From Spirochaetia bacterium (lineage in GTDB: Bacteria > Spirochaetota > Spirochaetia > SZUA-6 > Bin103), in the NCBI GenBank assembly GCA_965208575.1, contig CBDBOV010000004.1, positions 320,001-384,000 on the forward strand: a stretch of 64,000 nt of DNA, written 5' to 3'. Of this stretch, positions 9,216 to 18,302 are shown piece after piece. Under the pieces are notes generated by a model that had not been told where the DNA came from, did no database searches, and saw nothing but the letters and a program-made list of their open reading frames with translations. The translations under genes were made by a program, and so were the position numbers. Numbering within the stretch: the stretch's first letter is position 1; each line of letters begins with the position of its first letter.

Positions 9216-9365
9216 GCGCCGACGCTACCAGACCGTCGCGCGCGGTACCACCTCCCTACCCGGCCACCGCGACCGCTCCGGCGCGTGCGCTGGTTGGCAG
9301 CCGGCGGCGGAACCCGGCGTGGCACCGTCGCACCGCTCGAATGCGGCGGTGTTGGCCACGGGCTG

Positions 9366-10733
9366 CTATGGAAGCCAACTCGGCCGGCGGCCGGCAATCG
9401 GCGGCGCCGCTGCGCTGCCGGTCTCGGTGTCCCAGATCACGATCTCGGACGGGGCGCCGGCATCATCCAGTGCGATCCGGTGAAATGCCAGGTAACGGCC
9501 GTCCGCGCTCCATTGTGCGGCACCGTGGTCGAACGACGGATCGTCGGTGAGTTGCCGGGCGGGCCCGCTTTGCTCGACCAGCCACACCTGCCCGCCTCCG
9601 CGCGCTCCCGGCGGGCGGCGCAGCACCGTTACCCGCTGGCCGTCCGGCGCCCAGCGCAGCGCCCACTCCTCGTAGTCGCTGTTGGTGGCGTCGAGGTTCA
9701 GTGTCGCGATGTCGAGGATCACCAGCCGGGTGCGAAAGTCGGTGTCGTCCATGTCCGCGTCGGTAACCAGCAGCTTGCTGGAGGTGCGGTTCCAGACCGG
9801 CGGCTCGCCGGTGCGGCTGGGGACGAACGCGGTGGCGCCATCGCTCAGACGCACCAGTCGCACGCCGTTCTCCAGCGGCGCCACCCACGCCAGCCATTCG
9901 CCGTTCGGCGCCCAGCGTGGTTCGAAGCCGACGAAGCTGGCATCGTCCAGCACCGGCCGGGTTGCGCCGCCGGACGGATCCAGCAGATATACGCGCGGCG
10001 GCCCGGGCAGCGTGCGCCGCGCGAACGCGATGCGGCCTCCGCCCGGCGCCCAGCGCGGCCCGAAGCAGTCGTCGCTGCCGCAGTCGAGCAGCAGCCTCCC
10101 CGCGCTGCCGTCGCGCGCGACGGCGAACAGGTCATTGCCGTGCTGATCGCGCGGCGACGAATAGGCGATGGCCGATCCATCACCGGCCACGTGGAAGTCC
10201 CACACACCGCCCGGTTGTTCGGTAAGCTGGTGCTCGGCCCCCTGCGAGCTACCTTGCAGGTCAGCGGCGAACAACTGGTCCTGCCCGTCGCGGCCGCTGC
10301 GCAGATAGGCGATGCGCGGCATGTCGGTGGTGAACTGCCAACTCAGTGGACGCAGCAGGCGCCGGCCCTGCGTGCTGGCGATGCCGGCGTCGACGTGCAC
10401 CGTGTAGGTGACGCCCGGTTGCAGTGGCTGCAGGGGCCGCAGCGTCACCGTCCGCGCGGACCAGACCAGTTCGGCCGCGGTCTCCGGAACCAGCCGTACG
10501 GGAACGGTGGCGGCTCTGACCGGCGGCGACACCGGCTGATCGAATACCACGCGCGGCCGGATCAGCGTGGACGCCGGGGCCATTCCCTCCTCCGGCCACG
10601 TGTCGACAACCCGCACGCCGACGCGGTCGCCGATCAGCGCAAGCCCGGCAACGCCCATCGCCAGCACGGCGGCAACGGCCCATACCAGGCGGTCGAAGCG
10701 GGTAACTCGGGGCGCGGCCGGATCAGCCGGCAT
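9366..10733 (-). CDS. Membrane-anchored Ig-like (Big_5-type) plus TolB-like beta-propeller protein
   Basis: N-terminal TM helix, then FDQPV...PLQPGVTYTVHV...WQFTT, then repeated W(A/S)P(D/G/N)G..(I/L)A blades. Confidence 0.8.
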   Translation of the reverse strand: MPADPAAPRVTRFDRLVWAVAAVLAMGVAGLALIGDRVGVRVVDTWPEEGMAPASTLIRPRVVFDQPVSPPVRAATVPVRLVPETAAELVWSARTVTLRPLQPLQPGVTYTVHVDAGIASTQGRRLLRPLSWQFTTDMPRIAYLRSGRDGQDQLFAADLQGSSQGAEHQLTEQPGGVWDFHVAGDGSAIAYSSPRDQHGNDLFAVARDGSAGRLLLDCGSDDCFGPRWAPGGGRIAFARRTLPGPPRVYLLDPSGGATRPVLDDASFVGFEPRWAPNGEWLAWVAPLENGVRLVRLSDGATAFVPSRTGEPPVWNRTSSKLLVTDADMDDTDFRTRLVILDIATLNLDATNSDYEEWALRWAPDGQRVTVLRRPPGARGGGQVWLVEQSGPARQLTDDPSFDHGAAQWSADGRYLAFHRIALDDAGAPSEIVIWDTETGSAAAPPIAGRRPSWLP

Positions 10734-10818
10734 CGCGGTTCCGTGCTGCCGGCGGCGTGGTGGTCATTCGGTCCGACACGACGTGCCGCGAGTGCGGCCG
10801 AGGTTCCGCCACGGGCTG

Positions 10819-11577
10819 TTAGTAGTACAGATAGGGCTGCGGCGGTTGGTCGGCGGCGGTTACTTCCGCGCCGACCAGCACCGGCATGCGCTCGCCGAGG
10901 AACGATTCCACCGAGAATGCCCCGTCCACCCACACCCACGCGTCATCTTCCAGAAACTCGGCATCCGGCCAGCGCACCGCCAGGCCGATCGGCGCCGCGT
11001 CCGCCGCACAGCAACTGAGCAGAAATCGGCTCACCATGAACGTGCCGGCCGGGAACCGCTCGTCGCGATACACGAAGCCGCGTACACGCGCCGACTCGCC
11101 CGCGAACCGGCTCAGGTCACCGCCGCCGGTGCTCTCCTGGTCGAACAGCACCAACCAGTCCAGGACCGTTCGCCGGGCACCGGAGGCGCCCACCTCCAGT
11201 GCGGACTCCGTCCCCAGGCCTGCCGCCGCCGGTACCGACCCGATCTGCAAAGCGCGCGTGGCCATGGCGTCGGTGCCCAGCGGCCGCGGTGGCACGAGTG
11301 CCAGCAGGACCGGTACGATGAGCAGAGCGGCGCCCATCCACGGCATCGCAACGCGCTCTCCGGCCCCGCCGCGGGCGCTTGTCCGCGCCGTCGCCAGCAG
11401 CGCCCCGGCAAGCAGAACGAGGCAGACCATGGCGACCGCGGTCAGCCAGCCGTAGCGCAGATTGATGAAGTAGCCCAGCGAGCCGTCCAGATAGCGCGCC
11501 GCCAGCACCACCGCCAGGGCCAGTACCACCGCCGTGCGCAGGGCCGCCGCGACACGGCGGCCAACCATCGTGGGCAT
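10819..11577 (-). CDS. TIGR03943-like (DUF1980/YcgQ-type) putative permease partner
   Basis: LGYFINLRY, VRGFVYRD, SRFLLSCCAADA and PPQPYLY. TGATG overlap with the upstream permease. Confidence 0.85.
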   Translation of the reverse strand: MPTMVGRRVAAALRTAVVLALAVVLAARYLDGSLGYFINLRYGWLTAVAMVCLVLLAGALLATARTSARGGAGERVAMPWMGAALLIVPVLLALVPPRPLGTDAMATRALQIGSVPAAAGLGTESALEVGASGARRTVLDWLVLFDQESTGGGDLSRFAGESARVRGFVYRDERFPAGTFMVSRFLLSCCAADAAPIGLAVRWPDAEFLEDDAWVWVDGAFSVESFLGERMPVLVGAEVTAADQPPQPYLYY

Positions 11578-12689
11578 CAGAACCCCACCTGTGTGGCGAG
11601 CAACAGGCACGCCACCAGGGTCGTGCCGAGCGGGAGGACGATCAGGTATGCGACCGCGCGGGGACGGAACACGCTCCCGAACATCAGCGAACTCTTGATG
11701 TCCACCATCGGACCGAATACCAGGAAGGCCAGGATCGACGCCGGCGTGAAGGTGCCGACGAACGACAACGCGACGAATGCGTCGACCGTCGAGCACACCG
11801 AGATCACGTAGGCGAGCACGCTGAGCGCCAGCACCGAACTCACCGGCGCGTTGCCGATCGCCAGGATCGCCTCGCGCGGCACCAGCGCCTGCAGTGCGGC
11901 CGCAAGCAGGGAGCCGATCACCAGGTAGCGACCGACGTCGAACAGGTCATCGGCAGCCGCCCCCAAGGCGCCGCGAATACGAGCCGGCAGCCGCTCGCTG
12001 CCGGCATCGTCGTGGTGATGGTGGTCGTGGTGGTGATGGTGATGATGGTGGTGGTGGCCATCGCCGGCGGGTTGGTCGCGCAATACCTCTCCGGGGCGGG
12101 CCGCCCCGAACAGAAGGGCGATCACGGCGGCAATGGCGAAGCTCAGGCTGAAGCGCGCCGCGAGCATCCTGCCGGCGCCGAAGGCGGTCAGGGTGCTCGC
12201 GAACACGATCGGATTCACCACCGGGGCCGCAAGCAGGAACGCCACCCCGACGCGCAGGGGCAGCCCCTTGGCCAGCAGGCGGCGCACCACCACCACGATG
12301 CCGCACTCGCACACCGGCAGCACGATGCCCAGTCCCGCGCCGGCCAGCACGGCGAGCAGCGGATGGCGGGGAATCCAGCGCGCCAGCGACTCCGGGCGCA
12401 CGAATACCTCAACGAACCCGGACGCCAGCGTGCCGAGCAGCAGGAACGGCAGCGCTTCGATGAAGATGCCGAGAAAGATGGTGGTGAAGGTGTGCAACCT
12501 GTCGGGCACCGATACCGGCGCGGTGAAGGCGGCGTCGATGGACGACTGGGTGCGTGCGACTGCCCAGGCCAGCACCAGCGCCAGCACCACCAGTATCACG
12601 GCTCCTGCGATCAACGGCATGCGGCGGCGCCGAGCCCGGTTTCCGCCGCCGGCGTGGGCCATCTCCGCGACAGGGTACTGCGCTGACAT
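11577..12689 (-). CDS. DUF318/YcgR-type permease with a His-rich loop
   Basis: [25 protein letters not shown], a poly-His loop, [11 protein letters not shown] and GPMVDIK. Confidence 0.9.
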   Translation of the reverse strand: MSAQYPVAEMAHAGGGNRARRRRMPLIAGAVILVVLALVLAWAVARTQSSIDAAFTAPVSVPDRLHTFTTIFLGIFIEALPFLLLGTLASGFVEVFVRPESLARWIPRHPLLAVLAGAGLGIVLPVCECGIVVVVRRLLAKGLPLRVGVAFLLAAPVVNPIVFASTLTAFGAGRMLAARFSLSFAIAAVIALLFGAARPGEVLRDQPAGDGHHHHHHHHHHDHHHHDDAGSERLPARIRGALGAAADDLFDVGRYLVIGSLLAAALQALVPREAILAIGNAPVSSVLALSVLAYVISVCSTVDAFVALSFVGTFTPASILAFLVFGPMVDIKSSLMFGSVFRPRAVAYLIVLPLGTTLVACLLLATQVGF

Positions 12690-12696
12690 CGCACAC

Positions 12697-12702
12697 ATTA
12701 TA
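12697..12702 (-). promoter_or_regulatory. -10 box TATAAT of a probably leaderless permease operon transcript
   Basis: Perfect TATAAT 7 nt upstream of the ATG at 12689, with no SD. Confidence 0.55.
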
Positions 12703-12791
12703 ACGCCGCCTGTACTTCGCAGCAGAGATGTCGCACGGTGGGCGGCGAACCCAAGGGCTGATGCGGGCCGGTCTCGGGTTCACGGTTTCGC

Positions 12792-12820
12792 TTGACCCCC
12801 GGGTGGGGGGGCGGTAGGTT
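12792..12820 (+). promoter_or_regulatory. Sigma70-like promoter of the ferritin gene
   Basis: TTGACC-17 bp-TAGGTT, followed by a GGGGG SD and the ATG at 12842. Confidence 0.5.
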
Positions 12821-12841
12821 TGCCGATCCAGGGGGAACACC

Positions 12842-13357
12842 ATGATTTCCGACAACATCAACAAGGCGCTGAACGAGCAGATCACCAACGAATTCAATTC
12901 GGCGCACAGCTACCTCGCAATGTCGGCACACTTCGCGGCGCGCAACCTGAACGGCTTCGCGCACTGGTTTCGCGTGCAGTACGACGAAGAACGCACCCAC
13001 GCACTGCGTATATTCGACCACATCCTCGACCGTGGTGGCACGATCTCGCTGTCGGTGGCGTCCGAGCCGCAGGCTTCGTGGGATTCGCCCACCGAGGCAT
13101 TCGCCGCGGCGCTGGCGGAGGAGCGGCGCATCGCCAGGTCGATCGACGAGTTGATGGAACTCGCGAACGGCGAAAAGGATCACGCGACGCGCATCCTGCT
13201 GGACTGGTTCGTGACCGAGCAGGTGGAGGAGGAACGCACCACCAGCGAGATCGTCGACCAGTTGCGCATGGTGGGCGATTCGGAGATCGGCCTGTTCATG
13301 ATGGACGAGCGGCTGAAGAACCGCACGTCCGACGAAGCCGCCGGCGACGAGGATTGA
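12842..13357 (+). CDS. ftnA: Non-heme ferritin
   Basis: ALNEQITNE, YLAMS, GFAHWF, EERTH and WFVTEQVEEE ferroxidase motifs. Confidence 0.95.
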   Translation: MISDNINKALNEQITNEFNSAHSYLAMSAHFAARNLNGFAHWFRVQYDEERTHALRIFDHILDRGGTISLSVASEPQASWDSPTEAFAAALAEERRIARSIDELMELANGEKDHATRILLDWFVTEQVEEERTTSEIVDQLRMVGDSEIGLFMMDERLKNRTSDEAAGDED

Positions 13358-13397
13358 CCGGGCGCCTCGGGCTGCCGGCGGCCGCGCCGGCAGCGAA

Positions 13398-14582
13398 TCA
13401 GCCGTCGCCGGCGGCCTGCGACAGCCTGACCCGGATGCGTTCGCCGAGGCGATAGCGACACTCGGTCGCCGCGTGTATGGTGAGGTCGCGAAGCCCGGAG
13501 CCTGGATCCATCCGGACGCGAAGCTCGCGATACTCTCCCATGAACCGCACGCCCCGGATCGTACCGGAAACGCCCACCTCGCCGTTGCCGCGCGCGGCGG
13601 CGCGATCGACCGGAGCGACATCGACGCGGTCGATGCGCAGTTGCCACGGACGCACCGAGACGGCGTCGGCCCCGGCGTAGCGGAACGGCGCCGCCGCGGC
13701 AAGCTCGCCGAATGCCGAGGTCCATGTAGCTCCCCGGCGCCACACCGGTACCAGGTTGGCCGCGCCAAGGTAACGAGCGACAAAGGCGCTCGCGGGCGCG
13801 TTGTAGAGCGCTTCGGCTTCGCCGATCTGGGCGATGCGACCGCGATGCAGCAGCGCGATGGCATCGGCAATGGTGAATGCCTCGTCGCGGTCGTGGGTGA
13901 CGAACAGCGCCGTGGCGGCGGTTTCGCTCAGCACCGCCCGCAGTTCGTGCAGCAACTCCCATTTCAACACCGGGTCGAGGTTGTTGAACGGCTCATCGAA
14001 CAACAGCAATGCCGGCTGCGGCGCGAGCGCGCGTCCGATCGCCGCCCGTTGCGCCTGGCCACCCGACACCTCGTGCGGATAACGGTCCCTCACGTCGGCA
14101 ATGTGGACCAGTCCCAGCGTCTGTTCCGCCCTCCTGCGCCGTTCCCGCTCGGGCAACCTGCGCAGACCGAACGCCACGTTCTGCAGGATGGTCAGGTGGG
14201 GCAACAAGGCGGTGTCCTGGAACACCATGCCGACGCCGCGCTCCTCCGGCGGCGCATTGTGGTCAGCGCTGCTGATCAGCGATCCGGCAAGCGATATCGT
14301 GCCCGACGCCGGCTGTTCGAAACCTGCCACCAAGCGCAACAAGGTGGTCTTGCCGCTGCCGCTCTCGCCGAGTAGCGCCAGGACCGCGCCGCGGTTGAGC
14401 TCCAGCGACACCTTGCGCAGCGCGGGTCGCGGATTACCGGCAAAGTACTTGGATACCTCGTTCAGCCGCAGGTGGGGACCGGTTCCCGCTCGCGGCGACT
14501 CACCGAGTGCTGCCGGACCTGGTTCGTGACGGCGCTTGACGGCGTGGCGCCGGCCGTTCGGTTCGGACCTGGAGCTGCGCAT
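13398..14582 (-). CDS. fbpC: Fe3+/polyamine-type ABC transporter ATP-binding protein
   Basis: GESGSGKT, VSGGQAQR, LFDEPF, FVTHD and a TOBE-like C-terminus. Exact start uncertain. Confidence 0.88.
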   Translation of the reverse strand: MRSSRSEPNGRRHAVKRRHEPGPAALGESPRAGTGPHLRLNEVSKYFAGNPRPALRKVSLELNRGAVLALLGESGSGKTTLLRLVAGFEQPASGTISLAGSLISSADHNAPPEERGVGMVFQDTALLPHLTILQNVAFGLRRLPERERRRRAEQTLGLVHIADVRDRYPHEVSGGQAQRAAIGRALAPQPALLLFDEPFNNLDPVLKWELLHELRAVLSETAATALFVTHDRDEAFTIADAIALLHRGRIAQIGEAEALYNAPASAFVARYLGAANLVPVWRRGATWTSAFGELAAAAPFRYAGADAVSVRPWQLRIDRVDVAPVDRAAARGNGEVGVSGTIRGVRFMGEYRELRVRMDPGSGLRDLTIHAATECRYRLGERIRVRLSQAAGDG

Positions 14583-14607
14583 CGCCGCCGCGAACCGAGA
14601 ACCGCGC

Positions 14608-16419
14608 TCAGGTCGTCAAGCGCGCCTTCACGTGGGCGGACGCCAGGCGCTGCAGCACGAATACCGGAATCATCCCTATCGCCACGATCAGCAGCGCAGG
14701 GACGGCCGCCTCCTGCATCATCTCGTTGCCCGCCATGCGGAATACCCGGGTGGCGAGGGTCTCCAGGTTGAACGGTCGCAGGATCATGGTGAGCGGCAGT
14801 TCCTTGAGCATGTCCACGATCAGCAGGACGGCGGCGCCGATCAGCGCGGGCCGCAAGCTGGGCACAGCCACGTGCAGCAACGCGTGCCGCGGACGCATGC
14901 CGGAACATCGCGCCACCTCGTCGAATCGGCGGGTGACGCCGCAGAACCCGGAGTCGATCGCGTGATAGCCGACGCCGAAGAAGCGCACCACGTAGCCGGC
15001 GAGCAACGCCAGCGCGGTGCCGGTGATGATGAGACCCGGAGACACGCCGAACAACCCGCGCGACGCTCCGATGATGCGGTGGTCGAGCCAACTGTAGGCA
15101 GTGGCGATGCCCACTGCCAGCACCGCCGCGGGTATTGCGTAGCCGGATGTGGCCAGACGGGCGGTAGCGCTCACCAGGCGGCCGCTGCGAACCCGGGCGG
15201 CATACGCTACCAGGGTTGCCAGTATGACAATGGCCAGGGAAGCGGTGCCGGCAAGGCCGACGCTGCTCGCCAGGTAGCGCACCAGGTCCAGGCGGATGGC
15301 GCGTCCGCTGCCCTCCAGCGCCCACCAGCCGAGTTGGGCAACCGGCAGCACGAACCCGAACAACACGGGAGTGGCGCACCACGCCGTGGTGGTCGCGGCA
15401 GCGCGTCCTCGCAGCGCGACGCGCGGAATCGGACGCTGCAGCCCGCCTGGCGAGTGGTAGCGGGCGCGGCTGCGCTGCCAATGCTCCAGCGCCATGATCG
15501 CTCCGACCACCAGCAGGAGGACCGCTGCCAGGCTGAGCGCCGCCTCCACGCTGCCCAGTGCGAACCAGGCGCGAAAGATGCCGATGGTCAGCGTGTCGAC
15601 GCCGAAGAAGTGGGAGGCGCCGTACTCGCCGAGCGTTTCCATGGCGATCAGACCGGCGCCGGCCACGATGCCGGGCCTCGCCAGCGGCAGCACGGCGTGG
15701 CGGAACGCCTGCGCGCACCCGTATCCGTGGCAGCGCGCGATTTCCATGACCGCTGCGCTCTGCCGGGCGAACACGGCTCGCGAGGTCAGATACGCATAGG
15801 GATACAAGGTCACGGTGAGCACAAAGCTCAGCCCGGCAAAGGTCTGAATGTCGACGGTCGGGTAGCTTCCAGGAGCCATTGCCAGCAGGCGGCGGAACAG
15901 CAGTTGCGCGGGGCCCGTGTAATCGAACATGCCGGCGTATGCAATTGCGGCGATGTAGGTGGGAAGCGCCAGTGGCAGCACCAGGAGCCAGCTCAGTACG
16001 CGTCGGCCCGGAAACTCGAACGCAGTGGTCAGCCAAGCCGTGCTGACGCCGATGAGCACCGTCAGACAGCCGACCACGGCAACCAACCCGACCGTGTTGG
16101 CCACGTAACCGAGCAACACCGTTTGCGCCAGGTGGTGCACTTCCGGACTCGACAGCGCGCCGAGGTGGGCGGCCACCACCACGAGCGGGATGCCGATCAG
16201 CGCCGCCAGAATGGCGGGGGCCACCAGCCACAGCCGGGATGTCGGCTCGACGAGCGTCGCGCTGACGCGGCGCAACCGCCAGCCCTTCGACCACGGCGCG
16301 CGCAGCCACATGGCGCGCAACCGCTGCTGCCAAGCCAGAACCCGCTCGCCGACACTCGCGGTTCTTGCGCCGATACCGGCGCCGTTCACCACGTGCCCAC
16401 GGCTGACAAAGTCAGTCAT
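14608..16419 (-). CDS. fbpB: Fe3+ ABC transporter permease with duplicated domains
   Basis: FPGRR, LPLALPTY, YPYAYL, LPLARPGI and KELPLTMILRPFNLETLA. Start uncertain. Confidence 0.9.
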   Translation of the reverse strand: MTDFVSRGHVVNGAGIGARTASVGERVLAWQQRLRAMWLRAPWSKGWRLRRVSATLVEPTSRLWLVAPAILAALIGIPLVVVAAHLGALSSPEVHHLAQTVLLGYVANTVGLVAVVGCLTVLIGVSTAWLTTAFEFPGRRVLSWLLVLPLALPTYIAAIAYAGMFDYTGPAQLLFRRLLAMAPGSYPTVDIQTFAGLSFVLTVTLYPYAYLTSRAVFARQSAAVMEIARCHGYGCAQAFRHAVLPLARPGIVAGAGLIAMETLGEYGASHFFGVDTLTIGIFRAWFALGSVEAALSLAAVLLLVVGAIMALEHWQRSRARYHSPGGLQRPIPRVALRGRAAATTTAWCATPVLFGFVLPVAQLGWWALEGSGRAIRLDLVRYLASSVGLAGTASLAIVILATLVAYAARVRSGRLVSATARLATSGYAIPAAVLAVGIATAYSWLDHRIIGASRGLFGVSPGLIITGTALALLAGYVVRFFGVGYHAIDSGFCGVTRRFDEVARCSGMRPRHALLHVAVPSLRPALIGAAVLLIVDMLKELPLTMILRPFNLETLATRVFRMAGNEMMQEAAVPALLIVAIGMIPVFVLQRLASAHVKARLTT

Positions 16420-16486
16420 TGCGCCGCCGGCCCCGGCCACACACTATTCGCATCGCAGGATTCATCCACCTTTGGAAGCGTAACCA

Positions 16487-16522
16487 AGGTAAGTGTACCT
16501 AAAGGCAGATTAACCCTGTCAA
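16487..16522 (-). promoter_or_regulatory. Promoter with an overlapping inverted repeat upstream of the iron permease
   Basis: TTGACA (16522-16517), 19 bp spacer, TACACT. The inverted repeat AGGTA-N4-TACCT at 16487-16500 covers the -10. Confidence 0.5.
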
Positions 16523-16573
16523 GCAGAAAATCGCGCGTGGCGCCGTTTTTTCAGCGCCCGTGTTCCTGATTCG

Positions 16574-18145
16574 TCAGTAGATGCAGTCCATCTGCCATGC
16601 GTCGAGCGACTCCAGCACGGCGGGCGCGCCCTGCGCGCGCACCGACACGCCGAGGCTGTCGGTACGCTCCGGGTACACCCGCTCCGCCAGGCACTGACGG
16701 CCGTTGACGAACACCTCGACCACGCTGCGGTCGACGAATATCCTCAGTTGCAGCTTCTCGTGCGGCGCCAGGCGCAGCGGCGCCGTCTCCGGCGCGCGCG
16801 AGAGCACGTCCGGCGCGGTGGACGAGTACGCGTTGTCGAGGGTGACCAGGCTGTCGACCGCGCGGGTGCCGTGGACGCGGTCGCGGAAGCCGCGTTCGGG
16901 GTAGAACCCGATGCGGGTGTACTCTTCGCGTCCCGGCGACCGCAGCACGTTCAACTCCACCATCGGGGCGGCCCCGGGATCGATTTCGGCGGCCAGTTCC
17001 ATGGTGTTGCCGCCGACTTCGTCAATCACCAACTCCTCGTTGGCCGGCAGCACGGTGCGCCCGACGCGACGGTGGGCGACGCGCAGCGACTCGACGGCGG
17101 CTACCGGCTCCTGGTAGAGCTGGTCGCCGTCCACGGTCAGGCGCCGCGGCAGGGTCATGATCTGGTTCCAGCCGCGGGTCGGCTTGGCCGGATTCATGTT
17201 GAAGATCACGATCACGCCGCCCTCCCCGTCCGGCGTGGCGGATGGAGCGTGCACCCCCGCCGGGAGCGCGGGGCCGTGGTTGAACTTGGCGCCGTGGGTC
17301 ACCACGAACTTGTCGCGCGCGGTGTCGTAGTCGCCGAGCAGGTACTGTCCGCCGCTCATGTGGCTGAAGAACAGCAGAATGTGGCGCTGTCCGTCGCCGG
17401 TGCCGATCGGCCAGAAGTAGGGGCAGGCGCCGTCATCCCCCACCAGCGTGTACCGGTCATGCTCCACGAACGGATGCAGGTATTCCCAGGTAGCCAGGTC
17501 GTCGGAGCGCAACAGGAAGTTGGCGCGGATCGGCTTGCCGCCGGGGCCGGCCGGACGGGTGCCCGCCGACAGGGAATAGTAGCGCCCGTCCTTGCTCCAG
17601 ATGCAGGGGTCGAACACGCGGTACGGCTGCGGCGAACCGTCGGGCCGGCGCATCGGAATGACCGCCGCGCCCGTCACCTTGTGCCAGTTGAGCAGCAGCG
17701 GGTCGCTGGAAGTGGCCACCATGTTGCCCACCTCGGTGCCGTGGTAGATGGCGATGACGCGCTCTTCCTCCACCAGCGTGGCACCGGAGTAGCACTTGTC
17801 CTCCGGGCTCGGATAGATGCAGTACGGCAGGTCGTGCCAGTGGACCAGGTCGTCGCTGACCGCGTGTCCCCAGTGCTGGCGGGTATCCTCCGGCGGGTAC
17901 GCCTGGTAGAACAGGTGCCAGCGGCCCTGCCAGAAGCACAGGCCGTTGGGATCGTTCAGGCTCGCCTCCGGGTTGACGTAGTGATACTGCGGTCGATGCG
18001 GATCGGCAGCGTAGCTCGCGCGGGCGGCGTGCAGCCGCTGCATCAGGGGATTCTCGGCCAGGGCGCGTTCCTGCTCTTCCAGCGTGGCGGGAAACGTGTG
18101 GAACGGAACCTTCGACTTGGGCCAGACGTTCTGTGCGGTACTCAT
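16574..18145 (-). CDS. GH32-like protein lacking the canonical EC acid/base glutamate
   Basis: LNDPNG, WHLFYQ, WGHAVS.DLVHW, YSG, FDP and LRIFVDRSVVEVF are present. DDGACPYF stands in place of ECP. Confidence 0.9.
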   Translation of the reverse strand: MSTAQNVWPKSKVPFHTFPATLEEQERALAENPLMQRLHAARASYAADPHRPQYHYVNPEASLNDPNGLCFWQGRWHLFYQAYPPEDTRQHWGHAVSDDLVHWHDLPYCIYPSPEDKCYSGATLVEEERVIAIYHGTEVGNMVATSSDPLLLNWHKVTGAAVIPMRRPDGSPQPYRVFDPCIWSKDGRYYSLSAGTRPAGPGGKPIRANFLLRSDDLATWEYLHPFVEHDRYTLVGDDGACPYFWPIGTGDGQRHILLFFSHMSGGQYLLGDYDTARDKFVVTHGAKFNHGPALPAGVHAPSATPDGEGGVIVIFNMNPAKPTRGWNQIMTLPRRLTVDGDQLYQEPVAAVESLRVAHRRVGRTVLPANEELVIDEVGGNTMELAAEIDPGAAPMVELNVLRSPGREEYTRIGFYPERGFRDRVHGTRAVDSLVTLDNAYSSTAPDVLSRAPETAPLRLAPHEKLQLRIFVDRSVVEVFVNGRQCLAERVYPERTDSLGVSVRAQGAPAVLESLDAWQMDCIY

Positions 18146-18302
18146 GATCGTGCCCTACGATACGGAAGCGGCGGCCGTGCATCAACGGGTCGCGCATGCT
18201 CGCGCGCCGCGCCACGCGCCAACGGCGCACGCAGATTGCACAGGTTGATGGCGCACGGATCGGCGCGAATCTGGTAGAGTGCGCGCGGAGTCGAATGACA
18301 AG

